Below are positions 37,961 to 47,310 of a DNA stretch of 64,000 nucleotides, piece by piece. This DNA comes from an uncultured Clostridia bacterium (GTDB lineage: Bacteria; Bacillota; Clostridia; Oscillospirales; Acutalibacteraceae). The DNA is taken from contig CALEII010000052.1 in NCBI GenBank assembly GCA_937876205.1, positions 381 to 64,380 on the forward strand, written 5' to 3'. A model generated the notes under the pieces. It was not told the origin of the DNA and did not search any database. It saw only the letters and a list, made by a program, of their open reading frames with translations. Positions within the stretch are counted from its first letter, which is position 1. Every line of letters begins with the position of its first letter. A program made the translations under genes and the position numbers.

Positions 37961-37963
37961 TAT

Positions 37964-38221
37964 TTAACCTTCTTTCATTGCCTGCTCAAGTGCAGCTGCA
38001 AGCTGATCGGGGCAGGATGTGTTTTTGAATCCGCATTTTGTGCCCTTTATTTTTGCAATTACATCCTCAGCCTTCATTCCGTCAACGAGGGATGCAATAC
38101 CCTTGAGGTTGCCGTTACAGCCACCCATAAATCTTACATCGGAGACAATACCGTCAGTAAGGTCAAAAGTGATTTTTGCACTGCATACGCCTCTTGTTCT
38201 GTATTCGTATGTCATTTTCAT
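37964..38221 (-). CDS. TSCPD-domain small protein with four conserved Cys (TIGR03905-like)
   Basis: The start was moved to ATG 38221. The protein carries GVCS, GGCNGN and TKCGFKNTSCPDQ. Confidence 0.7.
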   Translation of the reverse strand: MKMTYEYRTRGVCSAKITFDLTDGIVSDVRFMGGCNGNLKGIASLVDGMKAEDVIAKIKGTKCGFKNTSCPDQLAAALEQAMKEG

Positions 38222-38324
38222 CAGATCCTTATCTTGATTATCAGAAATATAATAGCAAAAAACAAAGATTAAAACAAGTATTATCAAAAATTTTAAAATA
38301 AATATAAAAAAAGTAAAAAACTAT

Positions 38325-38353
38325 TTGACAATAGAGGAAAATTATTATACAAT
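38325..38353 (+). promoter_or_regulatory. sigma-A type promoter for the aminotransferase-aldolase pair
   Basis: TTGACA, 17-nt spacer, TACAAT. Confidence 0.55.
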
Positions 38354-38390
38354 CTAACTGTATAATTTTATATACTTGGAGGTATAAACA

Positions 38391-39878
38391 ATGGATACAA
38401 GATTCGCTATTGAGAATTACCATGACGTGGCTGCTGTCACAAAGCAGCTTGACGACCTTATTTCTCAACCCATTTACACAATCAAGCCCGAAGTACTTAA
38501 AGCTTACGAAGAGGAGTATTACGGCAAAAAGTGTGTTAAGTCTAAAGAAATGATTGAAGAAGCAAAGCAGGTTATCCCCGGCGGCGTTCAGCACAACCTT
38601 GCTTTCAACTATCCGTTCCCCCTTGTTTTCACAAAGGCAGACGGTATGATGCTTTATGATATCGACGGCAACGAATATTTCGACTTCCTTCAGGCAGGCG
38701 GCCCCACAGTTCTCGGCTCAAATCCTCCCGAAGTCCGTGAACAGGTTATCGACCTTCTTAACACATGCGGTCCTTCAACAGGCCTTTTCCACGAGTTTGA
38801 ATATAAACTTGCAAAGAAGATCGCAGACAGCGTTCCTTCAGTAGATATGTTCCGTATGCTCGGTTCAGGTACAGAAGCTTGTATGGCTGCTATCCGTGTT
38901 GCAAGACTTGCTACAAAGAATAAGAATGTTGTCAAGATGGGCGGCGCATACCACGGTTGGTCAGATCAGCTCGGTTACGGTATCCGTGTTCCCGGCTCAA
39001 AGTTCACACAGTCACACGGTGTACCTCTTTACCTTTATAAGCATACACAGGAATTCTTCCCCGGTGACCTTGATTCACTTGAAAGAGTTCTCAGAAGAAA
39101 TCAGTTCACAGGCGGTACAGCTGCTGTATTTATCGAGCCTATCGGTCCCGAAAGCGGAACAAGACCCATCGATTACGATTTCAACAAGGGCGTTGAAAGA
39201 CTTTGCCGTAAGTACGGTGCTCTTCTTGTATTTGATGAGGTTGTTACAGGCTTCCGTATCGGTATGGCTGGTGCTCAGGGCTACTTCGGTGTTTCTCCTG
39301 ACCTTACAATCTTCGGTAAGGTTATCGCAGGCGGATATCCCGGTGCAGGCGGTATCGGCGGTAAGAGAGAATATATGAAGTATCTCGGCTCAGGTCTTGA
39401 TTCATCAGGTGAAAAGGTCAAGAAGGCATTTATGGGCGGTACAATGGCTGCTACTCCCATTTCTTGTGTTGCAGGTTACTATACTCTTGAAGCTATTGAC
39501 AGAACAAATGCTTGTCAGGTTGCAGGTCAGATGGGTGACAGACTCACAAAGGGTCTTCAGGAGCTCATCAAGAAGTACAATCTTCCCTTCGTAGCATTCA
39601 ATCAGGGTTCAGTTTGTCATCTTGAAACTGTCGGTACAATGCACTTCTGTGTTGACTGGTCAAAGCCCTGGACAATCCCCAATGTTCTTTCACAGACAAG
39701 CGAAAGAAAGAAGGAAATGCAGTATATGGGTGCAGCATATATGGCAGAAGGTCTCGTTACTCTTGCAGGTTCAAGACTTTACACATCAGCTGCATACACA
39801 CCCGAACTCATTGACGAAGCTCTCAGAAGATTCGACAAGGTTTTCGCAAATGTTGCTCTCAAGCAGTACGATAAATAA
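38391..39878 (+). CDS. class III PLP aminotransferase / glutamate-1-semialdehyde aminomutase-like enzyme
   Basis: DIDGNEYFDF, LGSGTEA, VFDEVVTGFR and the PLP-lysine region FGKVIAGGYP. SD ggaggt. Confidence 0.8.
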   Translation: MDTRFAIENYHDVAAVTKQLDDLISQPIYTIKPEVLKAYEEEYYGKKCVKSKEMIEEAKQVIPGGVQHNLAFNYPFPLVFTKADGMMLYDIDGNEYFDFLQAGGPTVLGSNPPEVREQVIDLLNTCGPSTGLFHEFEYKLAKKIADSVPSVDMFRMLGSGTEACMAAIRVARLATKNKNVVKMGGAYHGWSDQLGYGIRVPGSKFTQSHGVPLYLYKHTQEFFPGDLDSLERVLRRNQFTGGTAAVFIEPIGPESGTRPIDYDFNKGVERLCRKYGALLVFDEVVTGFRIGMAGAQGYFGVSPDLTIFGKVIAGGYPGAGGIGGKREYMKYLGSGLDSSGEKVKKAFMGGTMAATPISCVAGYYTLEAIDRTNACQVAGQMGDRLTKGLQELIKKYNLPFVAFNQGSVCHLETVGTMHFCVDWSKPWTIPNVLSQTSERKKEMQYMGAAYMAEGLVTLAGSRLYTSAAYTPELIDEALRRFDKVFANVALKQYDK

Positions 39879-39892
39879 TAAGAGGTGCCCAG

Positions 39893-41119
39893 ATGGACAT
39901 TTTAGAAGCTAAATCAGAAGTTGTCAAAGCGGGTCTTAAGGTCGTTGAAGCAGGTCTGATTGCCCGTACATGGGGTAATATCAGCTGCAGAGTGGATGAT
40001 GAATATTTCGTCATCACTCCCAGCGGCAGAAGCTATGAATCACTTACTCCCGATGACATCGTTCTTGTTAAGATTGAGGACTGTTCTTACGAATCAGAAA
40101 TCAAGCCCTCATCAGAAAAGGGAATTCACGCTGCAGCTTACAGAATGCGTCCCGATGTTAATTTTGTTATTCATACACATCAGAAGAACGCATCAGCAGT
40201 CAGCTTCCTCGGTTACGATATAAATATGGTACCTGAGGATTGCAGAGCAGTTATCGGTGCAGATATTCCCGTTGCAGCTTACGGTCTTCCCGGCACAGGT
40301 AAGCTCCGTAAGGGGGTAATTGCAGCACTTGAACGTTCAGCATCAAAGGCTGTCATTATGTCTCACCACGGTGCACTCTGTATGGGTGCTGACTATGATG
40401 ATGCTTTTGCTGTCGCTGACACACTTGAAAAGGTTTGTGAAAAGTTCCTTCTTGACAGGCTTGAGGCTGTTTCAGGCAAGGTAAGCACAAATATCGCTGC
40501 TGTGGCAGAGCATATTGCTGAAATCAGTGACGGTGCAAAGAAGCAGGCTCAGATTTTTGATGCCTATACTTCTGAAAGAGAAGGCTCAACACTTGTTATG
40601 ACACCCGTTGACGGCGGTGACAGTGTTAGAATTGACCTTGCTACAGGTGATGAGGTTGCTGCTTGTGAAAATTATCCCGCAAGTGCAGAGCTTCACAGGG
40701 CTGTTTATAATGCAAGAGAAGATGTCAATTGCATTATTCACTCAAAGAAGCCTGAGATTCTTGCAGCTTCAGTCAGAGGCGGCAAGTTCAAGCCTCTTCT
40801 TGATGACTTTGCTCAGCTTGTAGGCGTTACACTCAAGACAGGTGAATACAACCCCTCAAACACAGTTAAAACAGCTAAAAAGGTTGTCAGAAAGCTCAAG
40901 GGCAGAAATGCTGTTCTTGTTAAGGACAACGGCGGCATCTGTGTTGCAGGTAATATGTATGATGCTGAAGCTGTTGAAATGGTTCTTGAAAAGGAAATGA
41001 GAACAGATGCAGCTGCAAAGCTTATCGGCGATGCAAAATACATCAATCCCGTTGAAGCCTTACTTATGAGAGTTATCTATAAGACAAAGTATTCAAAGAA
41101 AACTGAGACAAATAAATAA
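39893..41119 (+). CDS. tandem class II aldolase/adducin-domain protein (second copy degenerate)
   Basis: The first half has WGNISCR...ITPSG...SSEKGIHAAAY...VIHTHQ. The second half has ASAELHRAVY...IIHSKKP, so the HTH metal motif is lost there. Confidence 0.75.
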   Translation: MDILEAKSEVVKAGLKVVEAGLIARTWGNISCRVDDEYFVITPSGRSYESLTPDDIVLVKIEDCSYESEIKPSSEKGIHAAAYRMRPDVNFVIHTHQKNASAVSFLGYDINMVPEDCRAVIGADIPVAAYGLPGTGKLRKGVIAALERSASKAVIMSHHGALCMGADYDDAFAVADTLEKVCEKFLLDRLEAVSGKVSTNIAAVAEHIAEISDGAKKQAQIFDAYTSEREGSTLVMTPVDGGDSVRIDLATGDEVAACENYPASAELHRAVYNAREDVNCIIHSKKPEILAASVRGGKFKPLLDDFAQLVGVTLKTGEYNPSNTVKTAKKVVRKLKGRNAVLVKDNGGICVAGNMYDAEAVEMVLEKEMRTDAAAKLIGDAKYINPVEALLMRVIYKTKYSKKTETNK

Positions 41120-41131
41120 TTTTCAGAATTT

Positions 41132-41170
41132 CAGCTCCTCTTTTCAGAGGGGCTGTTGTTTTTCTGTTTT
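41132..41170 (+). terminator. rho-independent terminator
   Basis: Stem CAGCTCCTC / GAGGGGCTG followed by a T-rich tract. Confidence 0.7.
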
Positions 41171-41204
41171 TAATATGCTATAATCATACCTGAGGTGGTT
41201 TATA

Positions 41205-42857
41205 ATGTTTAAATATTTTATTTATATATTTATAATACTTATAATAGTGATGTGTATTGCATTTGTTGCGTGGGCGCTGATAAAGAAAAAACAGGGTATA
41301 TGCCCGATATGTGTTCTCAGACAATTTGCTTTAAGATCTGATATTACAATAAAGGTTCCCGAAAATGAGTTCTATTCAGCTGGGAATGCAAAAACACCTC
41401 CTATGGGTTGGTCAAGCTGGAACACATTCCGTAATAATATAGATGAAAAACTAATTCTTGATACTGCAGATGCACTTGTGAAAACAGGTCTTGCCGATGC
41501 AGGGTATAAATATGTCAATCTTGACGATTGCTGGCATTCGTCTTTAAGGGATGCAAACGGAAGACTGCAGGGCGACCTTGTCCGTTTTGGCTCAGGCATT
41601 GATGTTCTCAGTCAGAAACTACGTGAAAAAGGGCTTAAAATCGGCCTTTACTCTTCAAACGGTGATTACACCTGTGAGGATCTGCCTGCAAGTCTCGGTC
41701 ATGAAAAAACAGATGCTGAAACCTTTGCACAGTGGGGTGTGGAGTATTTTAAATATGATTTCTGTCATAATATAAAAATTCCGTCTGTTGCGCCCCTGAT
41801 AGAGGCAATTGAGCTTTGTCAGCACGGCAATGTTGTCCGTTACAACGCATCAGAAGCCACTCTTGAGGGCTTGGCAAGGGTTGAGTGTGACAAGAAGCTT
41901 CCGACAGGGAAATATATAAGTTTTCTCGGTCACGGCAAGGGAAAGGCTTCATTCAATGTCAGGTGTGAAGAAGACGGCAGTTGTGTGCTCACACTTTGTA
42001 TCAAGAAAACCGGCAGATATGAAAAGTATATCGTTGTTCAGGTCAATGACTGTTATTATGAGCTGTTTATACCTTATACAAAAATCTGGACCACTACGGG
42101 CAGATATCAGCTGAAAATTGATGTTGTGAAAGGTGACAACACCATTAAGCTTTTTAATCCTGTTTGCACAAGGGCTGACAGCTCATATATCCAGTATAAA
42201 CGGATGGGTGATGAACTCAGAAAAGCATCAGACGGCAGAATAACATATTCTATCTGTGAATGGGGAAGAAACAGGCCTGAAAAATGGGCATGGAATACCG
42301 GCAATCTGTGGCGTATGTCAAATGATATTATCCCGAACTGGCGTTGGATCAATCATATATACAATAAGAATTTAAAATTAAGTGCGTTTGCCGGTCCGGG
42401 ACATTGGAATGACCCTGATATGCTTGAGGTGGGCAACGGTAAGCTTACATATGAAGAGAATAAGACACACTTTTCTCTGTGGTGTATGATGGCATCTCCT
42501 CTCATTCTCGGCAATGATATCAGAAAACTTCCTGATGAAAAAAGAACGCTTGAAATTTTATCAAACAGCAGAATGATTGCCATAAATCAGGATAAGCTCG
42601 GTCATCAGTGTGAAAGATACAGAAATACCGTATTTTTTGATTATCTTTATAAGAGGCTTGATAACGGTAAGTTTGCTGTTTGTATATATAACAAGAGTGG
42701 CAGACAGCGTAGTGTCAGATTTGATTTGTCAGGGCTTCCCGATGAACTGTCTCAGGGCAGATGCACATTCAGTGAGGTGTGGAGTAATACTTCAGTCGAG
42801 GTCGGCGACAGCCTGACTCTGAAGCCTCACGGCTGTGCTGTAATTATAACAGAGTAA
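41205..42857 (+). CDS. GH27 alpha-galactosidase with N-terminal TM anchor and an inserted beta-sandwich-like module
   Basis: GH27 motifs PPMGWSSWN, YKYVNLDDCW, YFKYDFC and YSICEWG. About 130 extra residues lie between the last two motifs. Confidence 0.82.
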   Translation: MFKYFIYIFIILIIVMCIAFVAWALIKKKQGICPICVLRQFALRSDITIKVPENEFYSAGNAKTPPMGWSSWNTFRNNIDEKLILDTADALVKTGLADAGYKYVNLDDCWHSSLRDANGRLQGDLVRFGSGIDVLSQKLREKGLKIGLYSSNGDYTCEDLPASLGHEKTDAETFAQWGVEYFKYDFCHNIKIPSVAPLIEAIELCQHGNVVRYNASEATLEGLARVECDKKLPTGKYISFLGHGKGKASFNVRCEEDGSCVLTLCIKKTGRYEKYIVVQVNDCYYELFIPYTKIWTTTGRYQLKIDVVKGDNTIKLFNPVCTRADSSYIQYKRMGDELRKASDGRITYSICEWGRNRPEKWAWNTGNLWRMSNDIIPNWRWINHIYNKNLKLSAFAGPGHWNDPDMLEVGNGKLTYEENKTHFSLWCMMASPLILGNDIRKLPDEKRTLEILSNSRMIAINQDKLGHQCERYRNTVFFDYLYKRLDNGKFAVCIYNKSGRQRSVRFDLSGLPDELSQGRCTFSEVWSNTSVEVGDSLTLKPHGCAVIITE

Positions 42858-42862
42858 CATAT

Positions 42863-42897
42863 AAAACCTCAGAAGATGCCTGTTTTCTGAGGTTTTT
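42863..42897 (+). terminator. rho-independent terminator
   Basis: Stem AAAACCTCAGAA / TTCTGAGGTTTT followed by a T-run. Confidence 0.8.
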
Positions 42898-43077
42898 AAT
42901 TGTTTATGAGCTGTCTTTTATGTCCTTTTTCAGTGAAAAAGGCATATTTTTTTGCAAATAACAGGAAAATGTATTTAGTGCTTATATTTTTTATAAATCA
43001 GGATTTATACAACATATAGGTGTGCATTTCTATATATCGTAAAATAATGAAAAATGTGTGCTATTAAGTAAATTTTG

Positions 43078-43109
43078 ATTCATTTTTGTGAGTCTCTACA
43101 AAAATGAAT
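43078..43109. repeat. perfect 12-bp inverted repeat with 8-nt spacer
   Basis: ATTCATTTTTGT gagtctct ACAAAAATGAAT. Confidence 0.9.
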
Positions 43110-43227
43110 ATTAAAAATGGCATAAATTGACAATGAAAGTTTAAAAAATACCAATTATATGGTAGAAAAAGAAATTATATGGAAAACCGTTTCAGCAATT
43201 TAAACAAAAAATCATCATCGAATTTTC

Positions 43228-43256
43228 TTGACATTATCATAGAAGTTGCCTATAAT
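43228..43256 (+). promoter_or_regulatory. perfect consensus sigma-A promoter
   Basis: TTGACA, 17-nt spacer, TATAAT. It lies about 90 nt upstream of the ATG at 43349. Confidence 0.7.
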
Positions 43257-43348
43257 GACGGAGTCTTGTTACAGCAATGTATATTACCCGTGAGTATACA
43301 CTGATTTTATTCATTACTCAACGGCAAAAACATCAAAGGAGACACTAT

Positions 43349-44221
43349 ATGAAGAAAGTAGAAAACATCCTTTCTTCTGCACGCAAACAGTTAATGGGTA
43401 AAAGATGCGCAGCAGTTTTTTCAGCGGCTGCAGTTCTTTTCACTTCATTAACATTTACCGTTCATTATTCAGCTGAGGCTAAGGCAGCAAATGAAACATT
43501 AAAGGATGGTATCAGCAGTCAGAAGATACTCGAACTTTCGGAATCATTTTTATCACTCAAAGCAGAAAACAATATTTCTGTTCTTGAGGTATCGGGATTC
43601 AGAACTCCCGAGAGCGAATCAGTAGTATTTATCGAAGAGTTATCAACAGGTTCCGAAGGCGACAGGGAAGTAACAACAGAAAAATCTACGGAAAAGGTTA
43701 CTGAAGCAGTAACTGAAAAAACAACAGAAAAAGAAACAACGACAAAAGCTCCCGTCACAACACAGAAAGCTGAAGTGACACAAGCTCCCGCAACAACTCA
43801 GAAGCCCGTTCAGGCTACGCCGGTTGTAAAGGAGTCGGGACAATATACTTTTGAAGAACTCGGATTAAGTCAGATTTCTGATATTGAGGTTCCCGATGAC
43901 ATTCTTTTTGATGAGAACGGCGTTCCTCTTAATTATTCAAGAAAACTCAGTGGTGTAGCATCTGCTTACCATATGGGCCACACAACATCAACAGGCACAA
44001 GCGTTCACCCCGGTGTTGTTGCTGTCAATCCGAATATCATCCCTTACGGTTCAAAGATGTACATCGTAACAGATGACGGCTGGGTTTACGGTTACAGCTC
44101 AGCAGAAGACACAGGCGGATTTATTTATTGGGATAATGCTCCCATTGCCGACCTTTATGTAAGCTCAGTTGATTTTGCTTACCAGTGGGGCAGACGCTCA
44201 GTTACAATCTATATTTTTTAA
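43349..44221 (+). CDS. secreted 3D-domain (RlpA/MltA-like double-psi barrel) cell-wall protein with T/E/K-rich linker
   Basis: The start was moved to ATG 43349 (SD aaggaga). Signal anchor, low-complexity linker TEKSTEKVTEAVTEKTTEKETTTK, and a C-terminal 3D pattern (VAVNPNIIPYGSKMYI...AEDTGG...DLY). Confidence 0.78.
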   Translation: MKKVENILSSARKQLMGKRCAAVFSAAAVLFTSLTFTVHYSAEAKAANETLKDGISSQKILELSESFLSLKAENNISVLEVSGFRTPESESVVFIEELSTGSEGDREVTTEKSTEKVTEAVTEKTTEKETTTKAPVTTQKAEVTQAPATTQKPVQATPVVKESGQYTFEELGLSQISDIEVPDDILFDENGVPLNYSRKLSGVASAYHMGHTTSTGTSVHPGVVAVNPNIIPYGSKMYIVTDDGWVYGYSSAEDTGGFIYWDNAPIADLYVSSVDFAYQWGRRSVTIYIF

Positions 44222-44228
44222 CAAGACA

Positions 44229-44265
44229 GCAGAGTCAGTTCAGTTCTGACTCTGCATTTTTTTTT
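44229..44265 (+). terminator. rho-independent terminator
   Basis: Stem GCAGAGTCAG / CTGACTCTGC followed by a 9-T run. Confidence 0.85.
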
Positions 44266-44280
44266 GCATTAAAGGAATAC

Positions 44281-44309
44281 TTGCATTATTTTTCCATTTG
44301 TGCTATAAT
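44281..44309 (+). promoter_or_regulatory. sigma-A promoter with extended -10
   Basis: TTGCAT, 17-nt spacer ending in TGC, TATAAT. Confidence 0.6.
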
Positions 44310-44336
44310 GTATACGTTTTGAAAGGGGAGACCTTT

Positions 44337-45788
44337 ATGAAGAGATTTTTAAGTGTTATTTTGTCAATTCTTCTTGTTTGCGGTACTTCTGTGGTTGCTT
44401 TTGCAACTGAGAATGATGCTGACGTTGTTGACGCTGAATACCCGTTTGTTGTCTGCCGCGGAATGGATTTTGACGGTCTTACAACGGATCTGGGACTTGA
44501 AACAGAGAGAAACGCGCTGAATCCCATTGAAGTCAGTGGTGTTGTTTCAACACTCGCAAAGTGTGTCGGCAACGCTGTCAAAGAGGGGAATATAGACGGT
44601 ATTATGCCTTCTCTTATGGAATACCTCGATTATGTTATGGGTGGTCTTGCCTGCGATAATAACGGTAATTCCGTTCATAACACAACAATGAAGAGCTATC
44701 CTCTTGCAATCGGCAATTATCCGGATTATCTTGAAGAGCATAAGGATATTGCCCCTATGGAGCACGGTATTGTTATGGGCGGCGTTGACAGATATGGCTC
44801 TGACAAGGTTTATTATTACGCTTATGACTGGCGTTTTTCACCCCGTAACACCTGTGACGGTCTCAATGATATGATTGAGCTTGCTAAGGCTGAGCATAAC
44901 ACAGATAAGGTAAATCTCGTCTGTGCAAGTATGGGTGGCGCAGTTGTTGATGCTTATATTTATGAATACGGAACAGACAGCCTTAATAAGTGCATTTTTG
45001 ACGGTACAGTTTTCTGCGGTACTTATGTTGTAACAGACCTTTTCCAGAAAAAGGTGCTTATCACAGGCACAGGTCTTGAATACTTCCTTTACGACAAGAT
45101 GGGTGACAACAATTTCTTTGTAAAGACACTTGCGACAACAGGTATGCTTGATACTGTTGCAGACCTTGCAATGAAATTTGTTGACAGATACATTGATTAC
45201 GTTTATGAAAACTTCCTTATTGATACATTTGTTACAATGCCTGCGCTCTGGGCGATTGTTCTTCCCGATGAATTTGATGCTTGTGTTGAAACAATGTTCC
45301 CCACAGATGAAGACAAGGCTCACTATTCGGCAATTATCGAAGAAGCATATGCTCTTCACGAAATGATGACAGGTATGGATGACCTTCTTCTTTCACTTCC
45401 CGAAAAAGGAGTTGAAGTGGCTGTATTTGCAGGTTATCATATGTCTCCCGTGCCTGTATATGAACGCTCTGCATCACACGGTGACAATGTTCTTGAGTCT
45501 GCACTTATGCTCGGCAGAGCAAGAGTTGCCAACTTTGGTGAAGAACTCGAAGGTGACAGCGTAATGATGTCACCCGATAAGCAGGTTGACCTTTCAACTT
45601 GTCTTTTCCCTGAATATACATGGGCAATCAAGGATATGCCTCATGTTTCCTGCGGATACGGCAGTGAAGTTGCTGACTTCCTCTTCTGGCTCGTTGAATT
45701 TGACGGTCAGCCTACCGTTACATCAAATTCGCAGTATCCTCAGTTTATGATTTCATCAGCTGATGAAAGACTGATTCCCTTTGAATAA
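44337..45788 (+). CDS. secreted LCAT/PGAP1-like alpha/beta-hydrolase lipase
   Basis: The start was moved to ATG 44337 (SD aggggaga). Signal peptide ending VAFA. The YDWR motif and nucleophile elbow CASMGG are as in LCAT-type lipases. Confidence 0.7.
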   Translation: MKRFLSVILSILLVCGTSVVAFATENDADVVDAEYPFVVCRGMDFDGLTTDLGLETERNALNPIEVSGVVSTLAKCVGNAVKEGNIDGIMPSLMEYLDYVMGGLACDNNGNSVHNTTMKSYPLAIGNYPDYLEEHKDIAPMEHGIVMGGVDRYGSDKVYYYAYDWRFSPRNTCDGLNDMIELAKAEHNTDKVNLVCASMGGAVVDAYIYEYGTDSLNKCIFDGTVFCGTYVVTDLFQKKVLITGTGLEYFLYDKMGDNNFFVKTLATTGMLDTVADLAMKFVDRYIDYVYENFLIDTFVTMPALWAIVLPDEFDACVETMFPTDEDKAHYSAIIEEAYALHEMMTGMDDLLLSLPEKGVEVAVFAGYHMSPVPVYERSASHGDNVLESALMLGRARVANFGEELEGDSVMMSPDKQVDLSTCLFPEYTWAIKDMPHVSCGYGSEVADFLFWLVEFDGQPTVTSNSQYPQFMISSADERLIPFE

Positions 45789-45793
45789 ATTTT

Positions 45794-45825
45794 AAGACAG
45801 GTAGCATTGCTATCTGTCTTTTTTA
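45794..45825 (+). terminator. rho-independent terminator
   Basis: Stem AAGACAGGTAGC / GCTATCTGTCTT (1 mismatch) followed by a T-run. Confidence 0.75.
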
Positions 45826-45925
45826 ATGAGAAATATATGATTAACAGTCATTGAGTTTACAGAACGGTTACAAAAATTCTATTTACTGAGAATGAATGCA
45901 GAAAATATATATACAACTCCGGCGG

Positions 45926-47302
45926 TTATTCCGTCGGAGTTGCTTTTTGTTTTTCCTTTTTCAGAATTTTAAAGAACCATATTGCAAACGGCACACTTAC
46001 TGCAAATGTTAATGCATCTGAAATTGCCTGAGAATATTCTATTCCGGCGAGTCCGAGTAATTTGGTGAGAATCAATATCAGAGGAATAAAAAACAGTCCC
46101 TGACGGCAGCAGGAGAGTATAGTTGCCATAATCGATTTGCCCACGGATTGCAGAAGTGAGTTTGTGACGATGGTTGTTGCCATTAAGGGCAATGCTATAC
46201 ACTGTGCTCTCATTGCAACAGTACCGATTTCTATGACTTTTGCATCCTCTGCTCTGAAAACTTTCATTATAATCGGTGCAAATGCAAAAATAATTATTGC
46301 AAGAGCAGTCATAATTATTGTATCAGTTGTTATTGTGAATTTGAATGCTTTTTTTACTCTGTCAAACCGTTTGGCACCGTAGTTATAGCCTGCAACGGGC
46401 ATAAAGCCTTGTCCGATACCGATGCAGACGCACATAACAAGCATTGCCACTTTTGTGGCGATTGACATTGCCGCAATTGCCGCATCACCGTAAGGATTTG
46501 CAGCAGTGTTCAGAAGTACTGTTGCTACACTTGCAAGTCCCTGACGGCTCATTGACGGCATTCCTGTGAGAATTATTTCACCATAGGTTTTCAGCTTGAA
46601 TGATACATTTCTGATGCTCAGGTTGATATTGCTTTTCTTAAAAATAAACATCACAAGCAAAAGAACAAAACTGACACATTGGCTGATAAGTGTTGCGAGT
46701 GCCGCACCTGCTGTTTCCATTTTTAGGGTGAATATAAATATCGGGTCAAGTATAATATTGAGTACACCGCCAATGCAAAGACCTATCATAGAAAGTGCTG
46801 CTTTGCCCTCTGAACGTAAGATATTGTTCAGCACAAATGATGCACACATTACAGGAACGCCCCATAGGATATATTTACCGTAGGCAACAGTATAACTCAG
46901 GTTTGTTTCCGTTGCGCCCAGAAGCGTCATAATCTGTGAGGTGAAAAGGAGACCTACAATCATAATTATCAGACCAATTGTAAGGGCTGTGAAGAAGGCT
47001 GTTGATGCATATGTGTCAGCAGCTTTTTTGTTTTTTTCACCGAGACGGCGTGCAAGAAGACTTCCTGAGCCCATACCGAGTGTAAAGCCCACAGCCTGAA
47101 CAATTGTCTGCAGAGAAAACACTATTCCTACAGCACTGCTTGCACTTGTTGAGAGCTGAGACACAAAAAATGTGTCAGCAAGGTTATAAATTGATGTGAC
47201 AAGCATACTTATCGTAGTAGGAACTGCAAGCTTAGACACAAGACGGGGAATTGGCGTCTGCGTCATTTTTATATATTGTTTTTCATTGCGGTTGTTGTCC
47301 AT
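45926..47302 (-). CDS. MATE-family efflux transporter
   Basis: 12-TM protein with a MATE-type N-terminus (PIPRLVSKLAVPTTISMLV). Start taken as ATG 47302 (SD gagg, 7 nt upstream). GTG 47314, which overlaps the NUDIX stop, is an alternative. Confidence 0.85.
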   Translation of the reverse strand: MDNNRNEKQYIKMTQTPIPRLVSKLAVPTTISMLVTSIYNLADTFFVSQLSTSASSAVGIVFSLQTIVQAVGFTLGMGSGSLLARRLGEKNKKAADTYASTAFFTALTIGLIIMIVGLLFTSQIMTLLGATETNLSYTVAYGKYILWGVPVMCASFVLNNILRSEGKAALSMIGLCIGGVLNIILDPIFIFTLKMETAGAALATLISQCVSFVLLLVMFIFKKSNINLSIRNVSFKLKTYGEIILTGMPSMSRQGLASVATVLLNTAANPYGDAAIAAMSIATKVAMLVMCVCIGIGQGFMPVAGYNYGAKRFDRVKKAFKFTITTDTIIMTALAIIIFAFAPIIMKVFRAEDAKVIEIGTVAMRAQCIALPLMATTIVTNSLLQSVGKSIMATILSCCRQGLFFIPLILILTKLLGLAGIEYSQAISDALTFAVSVPFAIWFFKILKKEKQKATPTE

Positions 47303-47310
47303 AGTCTGCC

